From positions 5,872 to 69,871 of the forward strand of contig SHVZ01000007.1 in the NCBI GenBank assembly GCA_009694025.1: 64,000 bases of DNA, in the 5' to 3' direction. Origin of the DNA: Alphaproteobacteria bacterium (lineage in GTDB: Bacteria > Pseudomonadota > Alphaproteobacteria > SHVZ01). The notes below the pieces were generated by a model. That model saw only the letters and a program-made list of their open reading frames with translations, was not told the origin of the DNA and made no database searches. A program made the position numbers and the translations under genes. This document shows, piece after piece, positions 44,268 to 52,982 of the stretch (positions are counted from its first letter, which is position 1; each line of letters begins with the position of its first letter).

Positions 44268-45872
44268 ATGCACCGGATACATTGGCGCCGCTGGTTGGGC
44301 GGCATCGGCATTGCGGTCCTGGGCGCGAGCGCGAGCGACGCGCTGGCCCAGAGCACGCTTCGTATCGTGCCTCAGGCGGACCTGAAGGTCCTGGACACCG
44401 TCTGGACCACCAACAACATCACCTCCAACCACGGCTACATGGTCTATGACGTGCTGTTCGCGCCGAACAGCAAGCTCGACTACGTGCCGCAGATGGTCGA
44501 GAGCTACGAGCGCAGCGCCGACGGTCTCACCTGGAAGTTCAAGCTCCGCGACGGCCTCAGCTTCCATGACGGTTCGCCGGTCACGGCAGACGACGTGGTC
44601 GCCACGATCAAGCGCTGGGCCCTGCGCATCCCCACCGGCAAGACGCTGATGTCCTTCGGCAAGGAGGTCGTCTCAACCGGGGCACAGACCTTCGAGATCC
44701 GCCTGACGCAACCCTTCGGGCCGGTTCAGGCGATGCTCGGCAATCCCGAGAATCCGCTGTTCATCACCCGCGCCAAGGAAGCAGCGCTGCCGCCCGACCA
44801 GGCGATCACCGATCCGACCGGCTCCGGCCCCTTCATCATGGTCACCAATGAATGGGTCCAGGGCGCCAAGGTCGTCTACAAGAAGAACCCGGCCTACAAG
44901 CCGAGGACCGAGGCGCCCGACGCCTTCTCCGGCGGCAAGGTCGCCAAGGTCGACCGGGTCGAATGGATCGTGATCCCCGATGCCAACATCGCGACCCAGG
45001 CGCTGATCCGAGCGGAGGTCGACGCCATCGAGATTCCGCCCGCCGATCTGCTGCCGCTGATGAAGCGCGATCCCAACATCGAGGTCCGAGTCATCGATCG
45101 CATCGACACCCAGGCAATCCTCCGGATCAACCATCTGGCTCCGCCGATGAACAATCCGAAGATCCGCCAGGCGCTGCTCTACCTGGTCGGCGATCAGCGC
45201 GACTACCTCGGCTCGATGGTCGGCAACCCCGAATACGAGAAGCCCTGCTGGTCGATATTCATCTGCGGCACGCCGTTCGAGAGCACAGCCGGCGTCGGGC
45301 CCTGGGCGACCGGGACCAAGGAGCAGAACCTCGCCAGGGCGAAGGAGCTCCTGAAGGAAGGCGGCTACAAGGGCGAGCGCATCGTCCTCCTCGATCCTGC
45401 CGATGCCCATCTCGCCCACACCCAGGCGATCGTCACCGCCCAAAAGCTCAAGGAGGCCGGCATCAACGTCGACCTGCAGGCCGTCGACTGGGGCACGCAG
45501 ACTGCCCGACGCGCGCTCAAGGACGACCCCGAGAAGAACCCGCGCGGCTGGCACGTCTTCCACACCTGGGGCGGCGGTCTCGCCCTCGGAAGTCCGCTCA
45601 CCAGCCCCGTGGTGCCGACGCCCTGCGACGGCCTGAACTTCTTCGGCTGGCCTTGCGACGAGACAGCGGAAAAGATCCGGCTCGAATTCCCGATGGCGGC
45701 CACCCTCGACGCTCAGCAGAAAATCATCCACCGGCTGCAGGCCCGGCTCCTCGAGGTCGTGCCCTACATCCCGGCCGGACAATTCTATGCGCCCGTCGCC
45801 TACCGCAAATCGCTCTCGGGCGTCATCGACGCGACCCGTCTCGTGCTTTGGAACATCGAGAAGAAAGGCTGA
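44268..45872 (+). CDS. ABC transporter substrate-binding protein, family 5 (orphan; paralogue of 34629..36206)
   Basis: SD GGGAGGA 7 nt upstream; signal peptide ending ALAQ. LKVLDT, SFHDGSPVTADDVVAT, GSGPFIM, GWPCDETAEKIR. Confidence 0.9.
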   Translation: MHRIHWRRWLGGIGIAVLGASASDALAQSTLRIVPQADLKVLDTVWTTNNITSNHGYMVYDVLFAPNSKLDYVPQMVESYERSADGLTWKFKLRDGLSFHDGSPVTADDVVATIKRWALRIPTGKTLMSFGKEVVSTGAQTFEIRLTQPFGPVQAMLGNPENPLFITRAKEAALPPDQAITDPTGSGPFIMVTNEWVQGAKVVYKKNPAYKPRTEAPDAFSGGKVAKVDRVEWIVIPDANIATQALIRAEVDAIEIPPADLLPLMKRDPNIEVRVIDRIDTQAILRINHLAPPMNNPKIRQALLYLVGDQRDYLGSMVGNPEYEKPCWSIFICGTPFESTAGVGPWATGTKEQNLARAKELLKEGGYKGERIVLLDPADAHLAHTQAIVTAQKLKEAGINVDLQAVDWGTQTARRALKDDPEKNPRGWHVFHTWGGGLALGSPLTSPVVPTPCDGLNFFGWPCDETAEKIRLEFPMAATLDAQQKIIHRLQARLLEVVPYIPAGQFYAPVAYRKSLSGVIDATRLVLWNIEKKG

Positions 45873-46048
45873 TCCGAGGTCAGCCGCCGGCACGCGGCTT
45901 CATCGCCGCGTCCGGCGCCGGCACCTTGTAGTTCCGGTCGCATAAGGCGACGGTCGCGGCACACTCCGCGACCAGGCAGACCGGCGGCCGGCCGGCGGCG
46001 CCGGCGCGAGCCCACGGAGCATAACCGGGCGTTCTTCGGGAGATCGGG

Positions 46049-47035
46049 ATGAAGTTCTGCGTCATCGGCGCCGGTGCGATGGGGTGCCTTTACGGCGGCC
46101 GGCTGGCGCATGCCGGATACGACGTCACGCTTGTCGATATCTGGGAGGCGCACGTCTCGGCGATCAACAAGTCGGGACTGCTGCTGGACGGCATCGGCGG
46201 CGAGGTACGGGTGAAGGTCGCCGCCACCACGGACGCATCGACCGTCTCTCCGGTCGACGCGGCGATCGTGCTCGTCAGCGCCAACTCGACGGCGCTCGCC
46301 GGTCAGGCAGCCGCCCGGTTTCTGGAACCGGGCGGGTTCGTGCTGAGCCTGCAGAACGGGATCGGGAACTTCGAGGCCCTGGCCCAGGTCCTCGGAGAGG
46401 AACGGGTCATGGCCGGCCTCTCCTACGATAGCGCGGCGCTGAGCGGCATCGGCCACGCAACCCACACTCACGCCGGACCGACCTGGCTCGGAGAACGAGA
46501 CGGAGGCAGGTCCAAGAGGCTCGATCAGCTCTTCACCGCGTTCTCCCGCAGCGGCCTGAAGCCTGTCATCGTCGACGATATCGTCGGATTCATCTGGGAC
46601 AAATGGGTGCTGAACAGCGCGATCAACGCGGTCGCCGCGATCACCGGGCTTCGTCTAGGCGAGATCGCGCGAACGCCGCCGGTCGACGAGTTCCAAACCA
46701 GGATCATCGACGAGATTCTCTCGGTAGTTGCCGCCAAAGGCCTGCGGCTGCACGACCGCAACATCAAGGAGACGATCAAGCAGCACTGTTGGAAGAAGTT
46801 CAACAAGCCATCCATGCTCCAGCACATCGAGGCCGGCAAGCGGACCGAGATCGACGCGCTGAACGGCGCCGTCGTGCGTGAAGGAAAGGCGCTCGGCGTG
46901 CCGACGCCTTTCAACGAGGCGCTGATGCTCCTGATCAAGGGACTGGAGAAGTCCAGAGCGCAGGCCCTGCATGGCCCGGCGATCGACTACGAGAGGCTCG
47001 AGGCCGAAACCGCGACGGGCGCTGTGGCGCCATGA
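46049..47035 (+). CDS. 2-dehydropantoate 2-reductase (ApbA/PanE) family oxidoreductase
   Basis: Rossmann box IGAGAMGCLYGGRL. C-terminal SMLQHIEAGKRTEIDALNG box. Confidence 0.88.
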   Translation: MKFCVIGAGAMGCLYGGRLAHAGYDVTLVDIWEAHVSAINKSGLLLDGIGGEVRVKVAATTDASTVSPVDAAIVLVSANSTALAGQAAARFLEPGGFVLSLQNGIGNFEALAQVLGEERVMAGLSYDSAALSGIGHATHTHAGPTWLGERDGGRSKRLDQLFTAFSRSGLKPVIVDDIVGFIWDKWVLNSAINAVAAITGLRLGEIARTPPVDEFQTRIIDEILSVVAAKGLRLHDRNIKETIKQHCWKKFNKPSMLQHIEAGKRTEIDALNGAVVREGKALGVPTPFNEALMLLIKGLEKSRAQALHGPAIDYERLEAETATGAVAP

Positions 47036-47766
47036 GAGCCGCCGCCGAGGACGATCGCCAGCGACGCCGCTTTCAGGAGATCGCGGAGCACTATCGGCTC
47101 AAGATCCTCGAAGGCCGGATCAAGGCCGGCGACCGGCTGCCGTCCGAGCGGGAGATCTCCGAGGAGTTCGGGGTCGGTCGATCGAGCGTCCGCGAAGCCC
47201 TCTTCATCCTGTCGCGGCTGGGCCTCGTGTCGCTCACCGGCGGCGCCCGCGCTCGGGTGACCGAGCCGGATCCCCAGGTGATCTTTCGCGAGCTGAGCGG
47301 CATCGCCATGCTGATGCTCCGCTCGCCCGAGGGCGTGAAGGAGTTGCAGCACGTCCGGACGGTCGTCGAAAGCGGATTGGCGCGCCAAGCGGCAATCAGC
47401 GCTTCCGACGAGGCCATCGAGCAGATCCGGCGCGCCCTCAACGAGAACGAGAAGGCGATAAATGACCATGAGAGGTTCGTCGCCACCGATGTTGCTTTTC
47501 ACCGCTCCATCGCCGAGGCCGTCAGCAACTCGATCTTCTCGGCGATGCTGGACGGGCTGACCGAGTGGCTCTCCGAGCAGCGTCGCGTCGCCGCGCGCAG
47601 CAACGTGCTGCAGTCCGAGGTGCTGCAGCATCATGAGCGGATCTTTCTCGCGATCGAAGCCCGAGATCCGACAGGGGCGTTGGCCGCGATGGAGGATCAT
47701 CTCCAAGGGGTCATGAAGAACTACTGGCATTCGATGATTCTCTGGGGCGAACAGAATCCTACGTAG
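47032..47766 (+). CDS. GntR/FadR-family transcriptional regulator
   Basis: ATGA overlap with the upstream gene. Winged-helix LPSEREISEEFGVGRSSVREAL plus an all-helical FadR-type C-domain. Confidence 0.9.
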   Translation: MRAAAEDDRQRRRFQEIAEHYRLKILEGRIKAGDRLPSEREISEEFGVGRSSVREALFILSRLGLVSLTGGARARVTEPDPQVIFRELSGIAMLMLRSPEGVKELQHVRTVVESGLARQAAISASDEAIEQIRRALNENEKAINDHERFVATDVAFHRSIAEAVSNSIFSAMLDGLTEWLSEQRRVAARSNVLQSEVLQHHERIFLAIEARDPTGALAAMEDHLQGVMKNYWHSMILWGEQNPT

Positions 47767-47880
47767 CCCCGCATGACGCCGCCCATCGGCCGAGCGCAGG
47801 CACCCGAGTTCCGGTCAACGCCGCTCCAGGCGTGACGGAACCCCCGGGATCGTGCAAGGCTTCGCCCGGGAGAGACGTCC

Positions 47881-48714
47881 ATGCCGAAGATCCTGTCGCC
47901 AGCCGCCGTCGAGGCCTACCACCGGGACGGTTACTACGCTCCGGTGCGCGTCATGAGCGAAACCGAGACGGCGAAATACCGGCGCGGCCTCGAGTCGCAC
48001 GAGGCGAGGACCGGCGCGCCGCTCCAGTCCAACTGGCGGCACAAGACCCATCTCTTGTTCACCTGGGCGGATGAGCTGGTCCATCACCCGACCATCCTCG
48101 ATGCGATCGAGGACGTGATCGGGCCGGACATCCTGTGCTGGACCACGACCTTCTTCATCAAGGAGGCGAGGAGCCCAGGGTTCGTGTCCTGGCATCAGGA
48201 TTCGACCTACTGGGGTCTCGATCCGGCCGACGTCGTCACCGCCTGGGTTTCCTACACGCATTCGAACCCCATCAGCGGCTGCATGAAGGTGATGCCCGGG
48301 ACCCATGTCGGCGACCAGATCCCGCATGTCGACACCTACCACAAGGACAACCTGCTCTCGCGCGGCCAGGAGGTGGCGGTCGAGGTCGATCCGGCCAAGG
48401 CGGTCGACCTGATCCTCGAGCCCGGCGAGATCTCGCTCCACCACATCAAGCTGGTTCACGGCTCCGAGCCCAACACCAGCGGCGACCGGCGGATCGGCAT
48501 GGCGATCCGCTACATCCCTCCGCATGTGCGCCAGACCAAGGTTAGGGACTCTGCCATGCTGGTCCGCGGCGTCGACAGGTACGGCCATTTCGAGCCGGAA
48601 CCGCGACCCAAGGCCGACGTCGACGAGGCGGCGCTGGCCGCCCACAAGACATCGGTCGAACGCCAGATCGGCGCTCTCTACCAGGGCACCGACAAGAAGG
48701 CGTTCCGGGCATGA
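47881..48714 (+). CDS. phytanoyl-CoA dioxygenase (PhyH) family Fe(II)/2OG oxygenase
   Basis: SD GGGAGAG. HxD box WHQDSTYW, distal His HGSEPN, RIGMAIRY. Confidence 0.88.
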   Translation: MPKILSPAAVEAYHRDGYYAPVRVMSETETAKYRRGLESHEARTGAPLQSNWRHKTHLLFTWADELVHHPTILDAIEDVIGPDILCWTTTFFIKEARSPGFVSWHQDSTYWGLDPADVVTAWVSYTHSNPISGCMKVMPGTHVGDQIPHVDTYHKDNLLSRGQEVAVEVDPAKAVDLILEPGEISLHHIKLVHGSEPNTSGDRRIGMAIRYIPPHVRQTKVRDSAMLVRGVDRYGHFEPEPRPKADVDEAALAAHKTSVERQIGALYQGTDKKAFRA

Positions 48715-49454
48715 GCAAGGTCGCGATCGTCACCGGCGGGGCCCGCGGCATCGGCCGCGGCTGTGCGCTGGCGCTGGCCCGCAAGGGCTTCGACATCGCG
48801 CTGGTCGATCTCCTGGAACCGGAGATGGAGCGCACCTCCGGCGAGATCGCCGCCGTAGGACAGAAGGCGCTCCGTTTCGCGGCCGACGTCGCCGATCACG
48901 CGCACGCGCGCGCGATCGTCGACGGCGTGGTCAAAGAATGGGGCCGTGTCGACTTCCTCTTGAACAACGCCGGCAAGTCGATGCCGAAGCCGATGGTCGA
49001 GATCACCGAGGAAGAGTTCGACCGCACCATCGCCATCAACCTCAAGAGCTGCTTCAACTATATCCATGCCACTGCCCCGGTGATGCTGCGCCAGGGCGGC
49101 GGACGCATCGCCAGCATGTCCTCGCTCAACGCCTATACCGGCGGCGTCACCAGCGCGGTCAGCAAGTTCGCCTACGCCGCGGCCAAGGCCGGCATCCTCG
49201 GCATGACCCGGGCCCTGGCGAAGGAGCTGGGGCCGACCATCGCCATCAACGCGATCTGCCCGGGCGTGATCAAGACCGAGCTCGGCAACGCGCTGACGCG
49301 GGCACGCGAGCCAGAGCTGATCAAGGGCATCGCCTTGGGCCGTCTGGGGTCGCCGGACGACGTGGCCCAGCTCGTCGTTTTCCTCGCCACCGCCGAGCCC
49401 AATTTCATCACTGGACAGGACTTCAAGATCGACGGCTTCCAGTGGGTGATCTGA
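48711..49454 (+). CDS. SDR-family oxidoreductase (FabG-like)
   Basis: ATGA overlap with the upstream gene. TGGARGIGRG, NNAG, YAAAKAG (YxxxK). Confidence 0.9.
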   Translation: MSKVAIVTGGARGIGRGCALALARKGFDIALVDLLEPEMERTSGEIAAVGQKALRFAADVADHAHARAIVDGVVKEWGRVDFLLNNAGKSMPKPMVEITEEEFDRTIAINLKSCFNYIHATAPVMLRQGGGRIASMSSLNAYTGGVTSAVSKFAYAAAKAGILGMTRALAKELGPTIAINAICPGVIKTELGNALTRAREPELIKGIALGRLGSPDDVAQLVVFLATAEPNFITGQDFKIDGFQWVI

Positions 49455-50665
49455 GTCCTGCTACAGGTCTGCCGGACTGGGCCAAGGCGCTCGCCGCAAC
49501 CCTCACCATGCAGACGACGGCCGCGCTCGCCACCCGGGTGCTGCCGGTGCTCGGCCCCGCCGTGACCGCTGCCGCCGGCGTGCCGGCGGAAAGCATCGGT
49601 CACGTCGCCGCCGCCGGCGCGCTCGGTACCATGTGGTTCCTCATGAGCGGCAGCCCCCTGTTGGCCCGGTTCGGCCCGATCCGCCTCCTCCAGGCCGGCG
49701 GCGTCCTCGGCACGCTGGCGCTCGTCCTGGCGACGACCGGTTTCTGGCCCCTCCTGCTGATGGCCGCGTTCCTGATCGGAGTCGCCTACGGCCCGTCGCC
49801 GCCGGCCGGCAGCGACATCCTCAACCGGCATGCGCCGTCAGGTCACCGCAGCCTCGTCTTCTCGATCAAGCAGAGCGGCGTGCCGCTGGGCGGCGCCATG
49901 GCCGGGCTGCTGGCGCCGGCGGCGGCCGGCCTCTGGGGCTGGCAGACCGGCCTGCTCACCGCCGCCGCGGTTGTCGGTGCAAGCGTGCTCGCCGTGCAGC
50001 CTCTTCGTGCGGGACTGGACGCCGGTCGGCGCCGCGACGAGCCGGCGGCGCCAGGAACCGTGTTCGCCTTCGAACGCCTGGTCGCTCCCTTCCGCGCGCT
50101 TCGGCTGGCCCCGGGAATGCCAGCCCTCACCGCCGCAGGCTTCGCCTTCGCCATGGTGCAGGGCGCGGTGTTCAGCTTTTACGTGACCTTTCTCACCGCC
50201 GACCTCGGCTTCGGTCTCGTCGCCGCCGGCGCCGCCTTCGCCCTGATGCAGGGCGTCGGCGTCGGCTCTCGCGTCGTCGTCGGCTGGGTCGCCGACCGCA
50301 TCGGCTCCGCCCGCCGGACCCTGACCCTGCTGGCGCTCGGTTCGGCCACCATGGCAACGGTCATCGCCTTCCACGGCGCCGACTGGCCGTGGCCGGCGGT
50401 GCTCGCTGCCGCCGCCGTCTCCGGCGTCGCCGTGTCGAGCTGGAACGGCGTCTACCTGGCGGAGGTCGCGCGCATCGCACCGAGCGCGCGCGTCGGCGAG
50501 GCGACCGCCGGCTCCTCTTTCTTCGCCTTCCTCGCCTATGCCGTCAGTCCATCCCTCTGCTCCGTCGTGATCGCGTCGACCGGCAGCTACCGGACAGCCT
50601 TCCTGATGGTCGCCGCGGCGCCGCTCGGGGCCGCGCTCCTGCTCGGCCGGATCCGTGGAGGATGA
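49442..50665 (+). CDS. MFS transporter
   Basis: 3' part of track ORF 48524..50665. ATG 49508 would truncate the first hydrophobic helix (WAKALAATLTMQTTAALA...), so in-frame GTG 49442 (13-nt overlap with the SDR gene) is preferred. About 12 hydrophobic segments by eye. Start uncertain. Confidence 0.78.
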   Translation: MGDLSPATGLPDWAKALAATLTMQTTAALATRVLPVLGPAVTAAAGVPAESIGHVAAAGALGTMWFLMSGSPLLARFGPIRLLQAGGVLGTLALVLATTGFWPLLLMAAFLIGVAYGPSPPAGSDILNRHAPSGHRSLVFSIKQSGVPLGGAMAGLLAPAAAGLWGWQTGLLTAAAVVGASVLAVQPLRAGLDAGRRRDEPAAPGTVFAFERLVAPFRALRLAPGMPALTAAGFAFAMVQGAVFSFYVTFLTADLGFGLVAAGAAFALMQGVGVGSRVVVGWVADRIGSARRTLTLLALGSATMATVIAFHGADWPWPAVLAAAAVSGVAVSSWNGVYLAEVARIAPSARVGEATAGSSFFAFLAYAVSPSLCSVVIASTGSYRTAFLMVAAAPLGAALLLGRIRGG

Positions 50666-50667
50666 GC

Positions 50668-52146
50668 ATGTCCGACGACACCTATGCCCGGCTCGGCATT
50701 CGTCCGTTCATCAACTGCTGCGGCACCCGCACGGTCCACGGCGGCAGCCTGATGCTGCCAGAGGTGACCGAAGCGATGGATCAGGCGGCCGGTCGCTTCG
50801 TCAACCTGAATGAGCTGATCCAGGCGGCCGGCCGCCGCATCGCCGAGCTGACCGGCGCCGAGGCCGCGCTCGTCACCTCCGGCGGCGCCGCCTCGCTGGT
50901 CGCCGCCACCGCCGGCGCCATGACCAAAGGCGATCCCGAGCGCATGCTGCGCCTGCCCGATACCGACGGCTTGGCGGCCCGCGTGGTCATGCCGAAGGGC
51001 GCCCGCTTCACCTACGACCACGCCATCCGCACCACCGGCGCCCGGGTGGTCGAGGTCGGCGACCGCGCGGCCCTGGCCGAGGCCCTTCGCTCCGGCACCG
51101 CCCTGATCGCGACCATCGGCACCAAGGAGGCCGACTTGCCGATCCGGCTGGAGGAGTGCGTCGACGCCGCCGAGCCCTTGGGCATCCCCGTCCTGGTCGA
51201 CGCCGCTTCCGAGCATCTGCAGCGCCCCGACCCCTATCTCGCCCGCGGCGCCAGCTTCGTCGCCTACAGCGGCGGCAAGTATCTGCGGGGCCCGCAATCG
51301 ACCGGCCTCCTCCTCGGAAAGCGGCAGTGGATCGAGGCGGCCCGCCTCAACGCCGCCCCGCATCACGCCATCGGCCGGCCGATGAAGGTGAGCAAGGAAG
51401 AGGTCATGGGCCTGCTCGCCGCCGTCGAGTTCTGGGCCGAAGGGCGTGACCACAAGGCCGAGCACGAGCGATGGACGCGGGATCTCAAGACCATCGCCGC
51501 TCTCGCCGGCACGGTCGGCACCGTGACCGCCGAGATCGAGACGCCGTCCAAGTCGCACGAGCAGGTGCCGCGACTCCACATCGCATGGGAGCGCACCCGC
51601 ATCGGGCTCGGCGGACTCGAGCTTCGCGATCTCCTACTGGCCGGCAACCCGCGGATCATGCTGGACGATCGCGGCGCCACCGACCATTCGGTCTTCATCC
51701 TGCCGTTCAACCTCGGCTCGGGCGAGGCCGAAATCGTCGGTGCCGCCATCGCCAGGGCGCTGGCCGCGACGCCGCCCACGGCAGCCGCCGCCGGCGAGCC
51801 GCCGGCCGCCGACCTCACCGGCCTCTGGATGATCGAGATCGCCTTCGCTGCCGAGCGGACGCCGCACCGGGTGCGCCTCCGTCAGTCGGCCAGCAGGCTT
51901 GAAGGAACGCATGTGACGCTGGATCTGGTGGGGCCGCTGAGCGGGACGATCGCCGGCAGCCATGTCGCCTTCTCGAGCCTACACCCCTACGAAGGCAGCA
52001 GCCTCTCCTATGCCTTCACCGGCATGATCGCCGATGATCGGATGACCGGCACGGTGCTGCTCGGCACCTCCGGCGACTCCGCCCCGGGACCGCTCAACAT
52101 GCGGGAGTTCGGCAGCGCCTCCTGGCAGGCGCGCCGGCTCGGCTAG
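50668..52146 (+). CDS. SelA-like / DgaE-like fold-type I PLP enzyme with ~110-aa C-terminal extension
   Basis: 3' part of track ORF 49633..52146. GGAGGA lies 5 nt before ATG 50668; ATG 50662 is an alternative. PLP-lysine box YSGGKYLRGPQSTG. Confidence 0.8.
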   Translation: MSDDTYARLGIRPFINCCGTRTVHGGSLMLPEVTEAMDQAAGRFVNLNELIQAAGRRIAELTGAEAALVTSGGAASLVAATAGAMTKGDPERMLRLPDTDGLAARVVMPKGARFTYDHAIRTTGARVVEVGDRAALAEALRSGTALIATIGTKEADLPIRLEECVDAAEPLGIPVLVDAASEHLQRPDPYLARGASFVAYSGGKYLRGPQSTGLLLGKRQWIEAARLNAAPHHAIGRPMKVSKEEVMGLLAAVEFWAEGRDHKAEHERWTRDLKTIAALAGTVGTVTAEIETPSKSHEQVPRLHIAWERTRIGLGGLELRDLLLAGNPRIMLDDRGATDHSVFILPFNLGSGEAEIVGAAIARALAATPPTAAAAGEPPAADLTGLWMIEIAFAAERTPHRVRLRQSASRLEGTHVTLDLVGPLSGTIAGSHVAFSSLHPYEGSSLSYAFTGMIADDRMTGTVLLGTSGDSAPGPLNMREFGSASWQARRLG

Positions 52147-52159
52147 GGCGCTCTGCCAT

Positions 52160-52183
52160 CGATATGTTCTCAAGAATATAACG
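52160..52183. promoter_or_regulatory. Mo-box-like (ModE-type) operator upstream of modA
   Basis: AT-rich imperfect palindrome CGATATGTTC-tcaa-GAATATAACG (arms match 8/10), 16 nt upstream of the modA ATG. It resembles the CG-TAT...ATA-CG ModE operator pattern as I recall it. Confidence 0.5.
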
Positions 52184-52198
52184 AGCTGTTATCATTCC

Positions 52199-52981
52199 AT
52201 GATGTATCCGATGAAAAGTACCGTGGGTGTTCTGGCGGCCGTGTGGCTCGCGCTCGGCTCCCCCGCCACTGCCCAGACCCCGTCCGGCGACACCCTGATG
52301 TTCGCCGCGACCAGCCTCAAGGACGCGCTGGACAGCGTCACCGCCCAGTGGCGAACGGAAACCGGCAAGAGGGTGGTGGTTTCCTATGCAACCAGCCCAT
52401 CCCTTGCCCGCCAAATCGAGCAAGGTGCGCCGGCCCAGATCTTCATATCTGCCGACCTCGATTGGATGGACTACCTGAGCGGCAAGAGCCTGATCAAACC
52501 CGAGTCGCGATTCAATCTGCTGAGCAATCGTATTGTCCTCGTCGCCCCGAAAACTTCAGCGGCGACGACAAAGATCGAGCCGGACTTTCCCTTGGCCGCA
52601 CTTCTCGGCACTGGACGCCTCGCCATCACCGATGTCGCTGCGGCGCCCGCAGGAAAGTACGCCAGGGCCGCGCTCGAGAAGCTGGGTGTCTGGGCATCGG
52701 TCTCCAACAAACTCGCCCAGACTGAAAATGTGCGTGCGGCGCTACTCCTGGTCTCGCGCGGCGAGGCCCCCCTCGGGATCGTCTACCGGACGGATGCCGC
52801 GGTCGATCAAGGCGTGAAAATCCTCGGCGTCTTCCCCGAGGCCACACATCCGCCGATCATCTATCCCGTCGCCCTGACCGCCGGCACCGCCAACCCGGGT
52901 GCATCGGCCTTCCTCGCCTACCTCAAGTCGCCGGCGGCGCGACCGTTGTTCGTCGCGCAGGGCTTCACGGTCCTCGACTGA
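52199..52981 (+). CDS. modA: molybdate ABC transporter substrate-binding protein
   Basis: Signal peptide ending ATAQ. FAATSLKDALD, FISADLDWMD, AAAPAGKYA boxes. The start could also be ATG 52202 or 52211. Confidence 0.9.
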   Translation: MMYPMKSTVGVLAAVWLALGSPATAQTPSGDTLMFAATSLKDALDSVTAQWRTETGKRVVVSYATSPSLARQIEQGAPAQIFISADLDWMDYLSGKSLIKPESRFNLLSNRIVLVAPKTSAATTKIEPDFPLAALLGTGRLAITDVAAAPAGKYARAALEKLGVWASVSNKLAQTENVRAALLLVSRGEAPLGIVYRTDAAVDQGVKILGVFPEATHPPIIYPVALTAGTANPGASAFLAYLKSPAARPLFVAQGFTVLD

Positions 52982-52982
52982 C

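Noticed and set aside
45952-45973. 8-bp GC hairpin (GGTCGCGG cacact CCGCGACC) after the SBP gene ending at 45872
   Set aside because: There is no U-tract, it lies 80 nt from the stop, and it is a short stem in very GC-rich DNA where such pairings arise by chance.
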